A stretch of 36,484 bases of DNA from IMG/VR virus record IMGVR_UViG_3300032328_000071, positions 1 through 36,484 of that record, one strand, 5' to 3'. Source of the DNA: a virus. Positions 21,763-29,936 of this stretch are shown in pieces (positions within the stretch are counted from its first letter, which is position 1; every line of letters begins with the position of its first letter). The notes beneath the pieces were generated by a model. The model did not search any database and was not told the DNA's origin. It saw nothing but the letters and a program-made list of their open reading frames with translations. Made by a program: the position numbers and the translations under genes.

Positions 21763-22427
21763 TGGATAGTAAGACCATTGGGATATTAGTCCCAACACGG
21801 GACTTTGTTAATTCTGGATTCGCATTTGACTTAGCTAGGCTAGTTGGATTTACTGTAGGTACAACAAATCACAAAGTAGTGATCTACACTAGTTCTGGGA
21901 CATTGTTGTCAGCACAACGTCAGGATTTGGCTAGGGATGCTATTGAAGCTAAGTGTACCCATACCCTGTGGCTAGATAGCGATATGCGGTTTCCAAAAGA
22001 TTCCATTATTCGCTTGTTAAAACACGATACAGGTATTGTCTGTGGAAACTATGCCAAGCGTAGATTCCCGACAGAACCTATTGCGGTGAAAAAAAATACT
22101 CCAGATATGGATGCAACATTTATCAATCGGGTATATACTGAGGACGATTCAACAGGACTTGTTGAAGTAGACTACTGCGGAATGGGTGTAATGCTCGTTA
22201 AATCCGAAGTCTATAAATCTATGGAATATCCTTGGTTTGCTATCCCTTGGGTTCCCGCTGCGGAAGACTACATCGGTGAAGATGTATGGTTTTGCCGTAG
22301 AGCCGCACAAAATGGGCATAAAACTTATGTTGACCAGGATCTTTCTAAAGAGATCCACCATATTGGCACATTTGAATACAAACATGAACACACACTAATG
22401 TGTAGGGATGTAGAAAATGGCACTTGA
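21762..22427 (+). CDS. Glycosyltransferase (GT-A fold, family-2-like)
   Basis: N-terminal beta-strand IGILVPTRD and DxD-type LWLDSDMRF. Confidence 0.7.
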   Translation: MDSKTIGILVPTRDFVNSGFAFDLARLVGFTVGTTNHKVVIYTSSGTLLSAQRQDLARDAIEAKCTHTLWLDSDMRFPKDSIIRLLKHDTGIVCGNYAKRRFPTEPIAVKKNTPDMDATFINRVYTEDDSTGLVEVDYCGMGVMLVKSEVYKSMEYPWFAIPWVPAAEDYIGEDVWFCRRAAQNGHKTYVDQDLSKEIHHIGTFEYKHEHTLMCRDVENGT

Positions 22428-23037
22428 TACTTTTGCAGGGCTTAAAGCAACAATAGCGGATTATCTCAATCGGGATGATCTGACTTCTATTATTCCAAGC
22501 TTTATTACTATTGCAGAAGCTAAATTCAACCGCAAGTTGCGTACACGCCAAATGATTAAACGTGCTGAAGGACAGATTGAAACTTCATTCTTTGCGTATC
22601 CTGCTGATTGGCTACAAGCTAAAGAGTTCCAATTAAACACCAATCCCATTGTGAGACTACAGTTTGTTACTGAGGCTCAAGGTGATGAACTAAAAGCACA
22701 GAGATATGTTACTGTTGGACAGCCAGTTTATTACACAATTACTGGTAGCCAATTAGAATTTATACCTACTCCTGATACTACATATAGCGCAGAACTTACA
22801 TATTATGCTAAGATTCCTGCGTTGAGTGATGCAAACACAAGCAACTGGCTTTTAGCTTATGCCCCAGACTTGTACCTGTATGGTGCGCTCATGGAGGCTG
22901 CACCATATTTGAAAGACGATGAACGTCTACCAGTATGGAGTCAGATGTATATCAACTCCTTGGGCGACATTGAGGTGGCAGATCAAAGGGCATCTGTTTC
23001 TTCAACTCCACTTGTTCGTGCCCGTTCTTTGGGATAA
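22417..23037 (+). CDS. Virion structural protein, possible head-tail adaptor
   Basis: The N-terminal LKATIADYLNRDDLTSIIPSFITIAEAKFNRKLR signature recurs in head-completion/adaptor-position genes (from memory). Confidence 0.55.
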   Translation: MALDTFAGLKATIADYLNRDDLTSIIPSFITIAEAKFNRKLRTRQMIKRAEGQIETSFFAYPADWLQAKEFQLNTNPIVRLQFVTEAQGDELKAQRYVTVGQPVYYTITGSQLEFIPTPDTTYSAELTYYAKIPALSDANTSNWLLAYAPDLYLYGALMEAAPYLKDDERLPVWSQMYINSLGDIEVADQRASVSSTPLVRARSLG

Positions 23038-23040
23038 AAA

Positions 23041-23436
23041 ATGTCATCTTTTACAGACTACACAGAAAATCTTGCACTAACCTACTTGTTTACAACAGGT
23101 GCTGCAACTCGCCCTACCGCTTGGTATGTGGGGTTATTTACTGCCGCACCTAGTGATGCTGGTGGCGGTACAGAAGTATCTGGTAATGGTTATGCCCGTG
23201 TGGTTACAGGAACTATCTCAGGTAGTGGTACGGCAACTACTTTTACCAACGCTGCCGCAATTGAGTTTGCCGCTGCTTCTGGTGGTAATTGGGGAACAAT
23301 TGGTTGGGCAGGTATTTTTACTGCTTCAACTGGTGGAACTTTGCTTGCTTGGGCGCCATTGACTACTGCAAAAGCAATTAATGACGGAGACATTTTCCGC
23401 ATTCCTGCTTCTAGCTTGTCTATAACATTGGCATAA
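23041..23436 (+). CDS. Conserved Gly/Ala/Thr-rich virion-module protein (131 aa)
   Basis: The ...EVSGNGYARV...NWGTIGWAGIF...GG.LLAW..L pattern recurs in phage tail modules (from memory). Confidence 0.68.
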   Translation: MSSFTDYTENLALTYLFTTGAATRPTAWYVGLFTAAPSDAGGGTEVSGNGYARVVTGTISGSGTATTFTNAAAIEFAAASGGNWGTIGWAGIFTASTGGTLLAWAPLTTAKAINDGDIFRIPASSLSITLA

Positions 23437-23437
23437 G

Positions 23438-23842
23438 ATGGCTGCTTACGGGCGTGGCGATTACAGTGGGGGTAGATACTCCTATGGAGCTTACTTAGGT
23501 GAGCTTGCAATTGTTGATGCCTCAACTGTAGTTGTTAGCGGTGAGAAGATAAAAGATGCTCAGTTTGAGATAAGTTCAACTAGCACAGTATCTGTAGGTG
23601 CAGTAAAGATAGCGAGTACAGGTGTTGTAATTGTTGACACATCTGTAATGACCGCTGCTGGTGGATTGGATGCTGTTGGCGCTCTTTTTATCATTGATAT
23701 TAGTAGTTTAAATATTCAATATAACCGCATACAGCATTTTTCAGCAGCAATTAATGATACTTCTAGTGTTGTGATTAATGCTAGAAAGAAATGGGAAACA
23801 GAATCAGATGTGTCCGAAACTTGGACAACAGTTTCTGTATAA
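23438..23842 (+). CDS. Hypothetical protein (134 aa)
   Basis: ORF directly after the upstream stop. Confidence 0.62.
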   Translation: MAAYGRGDYSGGRYSYGAYLGELAIVDASTVVVSGEKIKDAQFEISSTSTVSVGAVKIASTGVVIVDTSVMTAAGGLDAVGALFIIDISSLNIQYNRIQHFSAAINDTSSVVINARKKWETESDVSETWTTVSV

Positions 23843-23866
23843 AGTTTAGACTATTAGGGGTAAAAC

Positions 23867-24676
23867 ATGGCAGATACAACCACCACAAATCTAGGCTTAA
23901 CAAAGCCAGAAGTTGGCGCATCCACAGACACATGGGGTACTAAGATCAATACTGATCTGGACTCTATTGATGCCTTGTTTGATGCTGGTCCTGTTTTAAA
24001 GATTACCAAAGGTGGTACTGGTGGTGCTACTGCATCAGCCGCAAGGACTGCTCTTGGAGTGGCGGTTGGTACAGATGTATTGGCCTACGATGCTAATTTA
24101 CAGAGCTTTGTAACTGCCTTTACTTTACCTACTGCCGACTCTACAGCTAACTATGTTCTGAAGACAAACGGATCTGGAACATTAGGCTTTGCGGCTCCTA
24201 GTGATGTATCACTTGCGGCAGATCAAACCTTCACAGGAACCAATACATTTACTGGCTCTAGTAGCAAAACAGCCATTGTTCTAAACGATGCAGCAGAGGT
24301 AGCTACAGTGTCTGCAACAGCGGCAACTGGCACGATTGCTTACGACATTACAACTCAATCTGTCCTGTACTACACAAGCAACGCAAGTGCTAACTGGACA
24401 GTTAACTTCAGAGGCTCTAGCGGTACTTCCTTAAATACTTTGATGAGTACAGGTCAATCAATGACTGTTGCTTTCTTAGTCACTCAAGGCTCTACTGCTT
24501 ACTACAATTCTGCCGTTCAAGTTGATGGCACTACATCTGGAGTTACAACTAGGTGGCTAGGTGGTGCGCCTACTGCGGGTAATGCTAGTGGCATTGATAG
24601 CTATCGTTATTTGATTATCAAGACAGGTAGTGCAACATTTACAGTCTTGGCAAGCAACACACAATTTAAGGCTTAA
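23867..24676 (+). CDS. Tail fibre-like protein
   Basis: Classic fibre N-terminus [29 protein letters not shown]. Confidence 0.72.
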   Translation: MADTTTTNLGLTKPEVGASTDTWGTKINTDLDSIDALFDAGPVLKITKGGTGGATASAARTALGVAVGTDVLAYDANLQSFVTAFTLPTADSTANYVLKTNGSGTLGFAAPSDVSLAADQTFTGTNTFTGSSSKTAIVLNDAAEVATVSATAATGTIAYDITTQSVLYYTSNASANWTVNFRGSSGTSLNTLMSTGQSMTVAFLVTQGSTAYYNSAVQVDGTTSGVTTRWLGGAPTAGNASGIDSYRYLIIKTGSATFTVLASNTQFKA

Positions 24677-24679
24677 ACC

Positions 24680-26659
24680 ATGCCATTACAAGCAACTAGC
24701 GGTGCAGCTTCTTATGATGCCTTTGGTGGTGGTGTTCCTGTTGTGCCTAACTACATCGAAGAAGTGTTTAGCACATACCTTTATGCTGGAAATGAATCTA
24801 CACAGGCTATTCCAAACGGCATTGATTTATCTACTAAAGGTGGTCTAGTATGGTTAAAAGCAAGGGATATTGCTTTAAGTAATTGGTTATTTGATACACA
24901 AAGAGGCTCATCAAATAGAATCTCTAGTAATAGTACAAGTGCTCAAGCATCTGCATCAGGATGGATAAATTCTTTTGATACAAATGGATTTACTTTAGGT
25001 TCTAATGGAAATGTTAATGGAAAAGATGCTGGCACAAGTGTCCCATATAACTACGTTTCATGGACTTTCCGCAAGCAAGCAAAGTTTTTTGATATTGTGA
25101 CGTGGAGTGGAGATGGAACAGGTAATCGAGCAATTCCACATTCGCTTGGCTCAACTCCAAGTTTCATCACTACAAAACATTTAAATGGTGGCGAAAGTTG
25201 GTACAGTTATCACAGGTCTGTAACTAGCCCCAATGCAAACTGGTGGCGAAACTATGGCATTTTAAATGGCACAAATGCTTTTGATGATTGGGGTGATAAT
25301 AGTGGTTTATATCAAGAACCTGATGCAACCAATTTATATATTGGAAGTTGGTACAACGCATCGGGTAAAACCTACGTTGCCTACTTATTCGCCCATAACG
25401 CAGGAGGCTTTGGCCTAACTGGTACAGACAATGTGATTTCGTGTGGGTCGTTTACGACTGACTCAGGAGGCAACGCTACGGTGAATTTGGGATATGAGCC
25501 TGCATGGTTAATGTTCAAATGCTCTAGTAATGCTGGGCAAAATTGGAACATGATTGATACTATGCGTGGATGGTCACTGAGTACAGACCTTCATTTAGAA
25601 GCCAATAGTTCAATTGCAGAAGACCCCGGAGGATACGGCAATCCTACTGCAACAGGTTTTGTAATGGGTGGTCAGGGTAACACGCAGACCTACATCTACA
25701 TAGCAATTCGCAGAGGCCCGATGAAAGTGCCTACTTTGGGGACTAGTGTCTATAACGCTATTGCTCGGGCTGGAACAGGGGCAGTAGCCACGGTGACAGG
25801 TGTTGGATTCCCACCTGATTTGTTAATTTCAAAAATTCGTACTTCAACTGTAGGGGCAAACTGGTCGGATAGGTTGCGTGGTTCCACTGCAAACTTAATC
25901 TCTAGTTCAGATGGCGCAGAAGCAATTTCTGCAAATCGAGTAACTGCACTTGGGCAAGACGGTTTCTCGCTTGGCACAGCAAGTGAAGTTAATACCAGTG
26001 GGTTTGACTACATTAACTGGAACTTCAGACGAGCGCCATCGTTTATGGATGTGGTTTGCTATACGGGAAATCAGACCACCAGAACTGTTAACCACAACTT
26101 GGCGGTTGCGCCTGAGTTAATCATCACCAAAAACAGATCAAGTGCTGGCTTTACCGCTTGGTTAACTTGCGTTCCTAGTATTGGTATGAATAACATTTTA
26201 TCCCTAAATACAAGTGGAGCTATTGATACTGGGTGGAGTTCGCCATTTACATCAACACCTCCCACTAGCTCTGTCTTTGGGCTTTCCTCCGGCCAACAAA
26301 GAAATGAAACTGGAGTTACATACGTTGCTTATCTCTTTGCAACGTGCGCTGGAGTCTCTAAGGTAGGCTCATACACAGGGAACGGCACAACTCAAACTAT
26401 TGATTGTGGATTTGGTGCTGGTGGTGCTAGGTTTGTGCTAATCAAGCGTACAGACTCAACTGGTGATTGGTATGTTTACGACACAGCCCGTGGCATGACA
26501 GTATTGACAGACCCGTATTTGCTTTTAAACAGCACAGCGGCTGAAGCAGCAACCCTTGGTTCTGTCACAACAGTTTCAACGGGTTTTGCGTTGAACTCAA
26601 CCATCTTAGCCGCCATCAACGTAAGTGCTGGCTCATACATCTTTTTGGCTATAGCGTAA
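24680..26659 (+). CDS. Large tail fibre / receptor-binding-type protein with an internally duplicated module
   Basis: N-terminus ...NYIEEVFSTYLYAGNESTQAIPNGIDLS..GGLVWLK is recalled from podovirus fibre-like proteins. Duplicated W.FR.A..F.D.V...G.G and YVAYLFA blocks. Confidence 0.75.
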   Translation: MPLQATSGAASYDAFGGGVPVVPNYIEEVFSTYLYAGNESTQAIPNGIDLSTKGGLVWLKARDIALSNWLFDTQRGSSNRISSNSTSAQASASGWINSFDTNGFTLGSNGNVNGKDAGTSVPYNYVSWTFRKQAKFFDIVTWSGDGTGNRAIPHSLGSTPSFITTKHLNGGESWYSYHRSVTSPNANWWRNYGILNGTNAFDDWGDNSGLYQEPDATNLYIGSWYNASGKTYVAYLFAHNAGGFGLTGTDNVISCGSFTTDSGGNATVNLGYEPAWLMFKCSSNAGQNWNMIDTMRGWSLSTDLHLEANSSIAEDPGGYGNPTATGFVMGGQGNTQTYIYIAIRRGPMKVPTLGTSVYNAIARAGTGAVATVTGVGFPPDLLISKIRTSTVGANWSDRLRGSTANLISSSDGAEAISANRVTALGQDGFSLGTASEVNTSGFDYINWNFRRAPSFMDVVCYTGNQTTRTVNHNLAVAPELIITKNRSSAGFTAWLTCVPSIGMNNILSLNTSGAIDTGWSSPFTSTPPTSSVFGLSSGQQRNETGVTYVAYLFATCAGVSKVGSYTGNGTTQTIDCGFGAGGARFVLIKRTDSTGDWYVYDTARGMTVLTDPYLLLNSTAAEAATLGSVTTVSTGFALNSTILAAINVSAGSYIFLAIA

Positions 26660-26668
26660 GGAATCATC

Positions 26669-27175
26669 ATGCAAGTAAGAATTCAATCAACAGGCGCAGT
26701 AATGTACGAAGCAGAATTTCGTGCATATCAACAAGCCAATGGTGGCCCATCATGGGAAACAACAACAACTGAAGTTTTAGAGGCTTTGGGTGCTGATGTA
26801 GTCCTAGAAGGCGCACAAGCTACTGGTGGTACTGTTTACCAATACTCTCAAGCCTCTGGTGTTGAGCAGATTGATGGCAAATGGTACACGAAGCATACTC
26901 TTGGTCCTGTCTTTACAGATACTACAGTTGAGGGCGTAACTACCACAGCCGCAGAGCATGAAGTGGCTTACAAGGCTACTAAAGATGCTGAACAGGCTAA
27001 GAGTGTTCGTCAGTCCCGTGATGACAAGCTCAAAGAATGCGATTGGGTTGTTATCAAAAACTTGGAGACAAACTCCAACATTCCTGGTGCATGGGAAGTT
27101 TATCGCCAAGCATTGCGTGATGTTCCAACTCAGTCAGGATTCCCTTGGACTATTACTTGGCCTGATGCACCATGA
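26669..27175 (+). CDS. Tail fibre assembly / chaperone-like protein
   Basis: The C-terminal ...DKLKECDWVVIKN...AWEVYRQALRDVPTQSGFPWTITWP matches the remembered tail-assembly-chaperone motif. Confidence 0.62.
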   Translation: MQVRIQSTGAVMYEAEFRAYQQANGGPSWETTTTEVLEALGADVVLEGAQATGGTVYQYSQASGVEQIDGKWYTKHTLGPVFTDTTVEGVTTTAAEHEVAYKATKDAEQAKSVRQSRDDKLKECDWVVIKNLETNSNIPGAWEVYRQALRDVPTQSGFPWTITWPDAP

Positions 27176-27396
27176 ACGAAGTAAGCCATGAGCAAATCTA
27201 TGAGCGTCTACTAACTGTTGAAGCTAAAGTAGATACGATTGATAAGAACACAAGTGGTCTTGTAGAAGCTATTGACGCTGCCCAAGGAGCTATTAAGGTT
27301 CTTGGATGGGTAGCTTCTATTGCTCAACCAATTCTATGGATTGGTGGCGTTATTGTTGCTGCTGGTGCTATTTGGCAGACATGGCTTAAAAAGTAA
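27172..27396 (+). CDS. Small membrane protein (74 aa)
   Basis: ATGA start. C-terminal hydrophobic segment VLGWVASIAQPILWIGGVIVAAGAIW. Confidence 0.62.
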   Translation: MNEVSHEQIYERLLTVEAKVDTIDKNTSGLVEAIDAAQGAIKVLGWVASIAQPILWIGGVIVAAGAIWQTWLKK

Positions 27397-28052
27397 TGGC
27401 TAATGTAAAACAACAACTAGATATTCCTGCTATACCCTCTTTAGGTACATCAGGAATTGTCTATTCTCAAAGTGTCCAGAACCAAAACAATGGCATCTTG
27501 AGGTTGTTTTTTACCAAGTTACTGAATTCAATACAGTCTATTTTTGGACCAAGGGGTGGAAAGTACATTAACTTTCCTTATGGAGCTTTTCAAGACTCCA
27601 CAAATCAAACTGCTGCCAATACTACAACAGCTTATGCTGTCACTTTCAATACTACAGATTTTTCCAATGGTGTCACAATGGCAAGCGGTAGTCGGATTAC
27701 TGTTGCTAGTTCTGGCATCTGGAACTTGCAGTTTTCCATTCAACTAAAAAACACAACCAATAGTGGTCAAGATGTGGATATTTGGTTTCGCAAGAATGGC
27801 ACAAATATTGACAATTCAAACAGCAGATTTCACCCGCCAGCAAGAAAAGGCTCTGGTGATCCAAGCCACATTATTGCTGCATTGAACTTTTTTGTAGAAA
27901 TGAATGAAAGTGACTATATTGAAATCATGTGGAGAACTGAAAATACTGGTGTGTCTATAGAGGCATTTGCAACAAGTTCAAGCCCGACAAGACCAGCGGT
28001 TCCTTCAGCAATTGCCACCATGACGTTTGTGTCTAACCTACCCAACCAGTAA
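27396..28052 (+). CDS. Fibre/receptor-binding-type protein (218 aa; C-terminal jelly-roll-like pattern)
   Basis: TAATG junction. The fold assignment from ...SGIWNLQFSIQL...VDIWFRKNG... is tentative. Confidence 0.65.
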   Translation: MANVKQQLDIPAIPSLGTSGIVYSQSVQNQNNGILRLFFTKLLNSIQSIFGPRGGKYINFPYGAFQDSTNQTAANTTTAYAVTFNTTDFSNGVTMASGSRITVASSGIWNLQFSIQLKNTTNSGQDVDIWFRKNGTNIDNSNSRFHPPARKGSGDPSHIIAALNFFVEMNESDYIEIMWRTENTGVSIEAFATSSSPTRPAVPSAIATMTFVSNLPNQ

Positions 28053-28058
28053 AACATC

Positions 28059-29534
28059 ATGGCATACATTCCACTACAAATTCCACCAGGCGTATACAAG
28101 AACGGGACTGAATATCAGTCTAAAGGCCGTTGGAATAGCGCAAATCTAGTACGTTGGTACGAAGGCACTATTCGTCCAGTAGGTGGATGGAGGAAGCGTT
28201 CTACCTCTCAGTTAACGGGTATGGCTCGTGGTTTGATTAACTGGCGAGACAACTCAAACAATAGACGTATCGGAATTGGTACACATTCAAAGCTTTATGC
28301 AATGAATGAAGGCGGCACTTTAACTGACATTACTCCTACATCTTTTACTGTTGGTGATGCTGATGCTGTATTAAAGATTGGTTATGGCTATGGCACTTAT
28401 GGAAGTTCTGCCTATGGTGTTGCCAGACCAGACTTAGGTTCATATACCCCTGCCACTACTTGGAGTTTGGATACCTTTGGCGAGTATCTCGTTGCTTGTT
28501 CATCCAAAGATGGTAAGTTGCTTGAGTGGCAGTTAAATGTTGCTAATGATGCTGTTGCAATTACTAACGCACCAACTAGCTGTACTGGTCTTATTGTTAC
28601 TCAAGAACGATTCTTATTTGCACTAGGTGCGGGTGGTAATCCCCGTAAAATTCAATGGTGTGACCAAGAAAACAATACTGTTTGGACTCCTGCCGCTACC
28701 AATCAAGCTGGAGACTTTGAGTTAACCACAATTGGCTCTTTACAGTGCGCTAAACGCATCCGTGGGGCTACTATTCTGTTTACTGATGTGGATGTACATA
28801 CTGCCACCTATATTGGCCCTCCGTTTATTTATGGCTTTGAGCGTGTAGGTACAGGTTGTGGTGTTATTTCTAAGCAATCAGTAGCCGCTACTGACAATGC
28901 TTGTATCTGGATGTCTGGTACAGGATTCTGGATATACGATGGCTTTGTCAAACCATTAAATTCTGATGTTTCTGATTATGTGTTTAGTAATATGAACACA
29001 ACTCAGTCATCTAAGGTTTACTGTGTCCATAACTCAACTTATGGTGAGATCTGGTGGTTTTACCCAAGTGCTGCTTCTAACGAAGTAGATTCTTATGTTT
29101 CTTACAACTATCGTGAGAATCATTGGGCTATTGGTACGTTAGCACGTACGTGTGGTACAGATCGTGGAATATTTAATAACCCAATTATGGTGTCTACAGA
29201 CGGGTACGTCTATGAGCATGAAATTGGCTTTGCTTACGATGGTCAGACATTGTTTGCTGAATCAGGACCAGTAGAGCTAGGTAATGGGGATAGAACCATG
29301 AGTCTGACAGGATTAGTTCCTGATGAAAAGACTGCTGGTGACGTACAGGTGCGTTTTAGCACTAAGTTCTATCCTAATTCAACTGAATACAACTATGGCC
29401 CATATCAAATGGCAAGCCCTACTTCAGTACGTTTAAGCGGAAGACAAGTAGCCGCAAAGATTGAAGGCGTTAGATTAACTGATTGGCGAGTTGGTGTTAT
29501 CAGATTTGATGGGAAACCTGGCAGTATTAGATGA
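28059..29534 (+). CDS. Large tail structural protein (491 aa)
   Basis: The N-terminal ...GVYKNGTEYQSKGRWNSANLVRWYEGTIRPVGGW pattern is recalled from podovirus tail genes. Confidence 0.75.
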   Translation: MAYIPLQIPPGVYKNGTEYQSKGRWNSANLVRWYEGTIRPVGGWRKRSTSQLTGMARGLINWRDNSNNRRIGIGTHSKLYAMNEGGTLTDITPTSFTVGDADAVLKIGYGYGTYGSSAYGVARPDLGSYTPATTWSLDTFGEYLVACSSKDGKLLEWQLNVANDAVAITNAPTSCTGLIVTQERFLFALGAGGNPRKIQWCDQENNTVWTPAATNQAGDFELTTIGSLQCAKRIRGATILFTDVDVHTATYIGPPFIYGFERVGTGCGVISKQSVAATDNACIWMSGTGFWIYDGFVKPLNSDVSDYVFSNMNTTQSSKVYCVHNSTYGEIWWFYPSAASNEVDSYVSYNYRENHWAIGTLARTCGTDRGIFNNPIMVSTDGYVYEHEIGFAYDGQTLFAESGPVELGNGDRTMSLTGLVPDEKTAGDVQVRFSTKFYPNSTEYNYGPYQMASPTSVRLSGRQVAAKIEGVRLTDWRVGVIRFDGKPGSIR

Positions 29535-29935
29535 TTGATTGCAGTGGATTTACAGAAAACGGGGAACTAAAATGGTGGGTTCCTTACTTTTTGGAAAGTG
29601 AGCAATTATTATTAAATGCGCTAGAATATGGCAACGAAACGCATAGTCTTGAGGATGTCGCAATGGCCCTCAATAAAGATGAAATGCAATTTTGGCCTGG
29701 TATTAATACCGCCATCGTTACCGAAATAATTACCCATCCAAAACAAAAGTCTATTAATATTTTCCTAGCCGCAGGGAATATTGATGAGGTTATCAGGATA
29801 CTTCCATTTGTTGAAAAACACGGAAAAATGGAGGGTTGCACTCAAATGACAATGACAGGCCGTAAAGGATGGGAAAAAGTTATGAGCAAGATCTACAAGG
29901 TTGAATCAAGAGTTTTCTTGACTACGGAGATATAA
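29531..29935 (+). CDS. Hypothetical protein (134 aa)
   Basis: ATGA overlap with the upstream gene. Confidence 0.68.
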   Translation: MIDCSGFTENGELKWWVPYFLESEQLLLNALEYGNETHSLEDVAMALNKDEMQFWPGINTAIVTEIITHPKQKSINIFLAAGNIDEVIRILPFVEKHGKMEGCTQMTMTGRKGWEKVMSKIYKVESRVFLTTEI

Positions 29936-29936
29936 A

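Noticed and set aside
23099-23525. 87-aa (+) and 111-aa (-) ORFs overlapping 23041..23436
   Set aside because: GGT/GCT-rich coding sequence leaves other frames open. The products are low-complexity.
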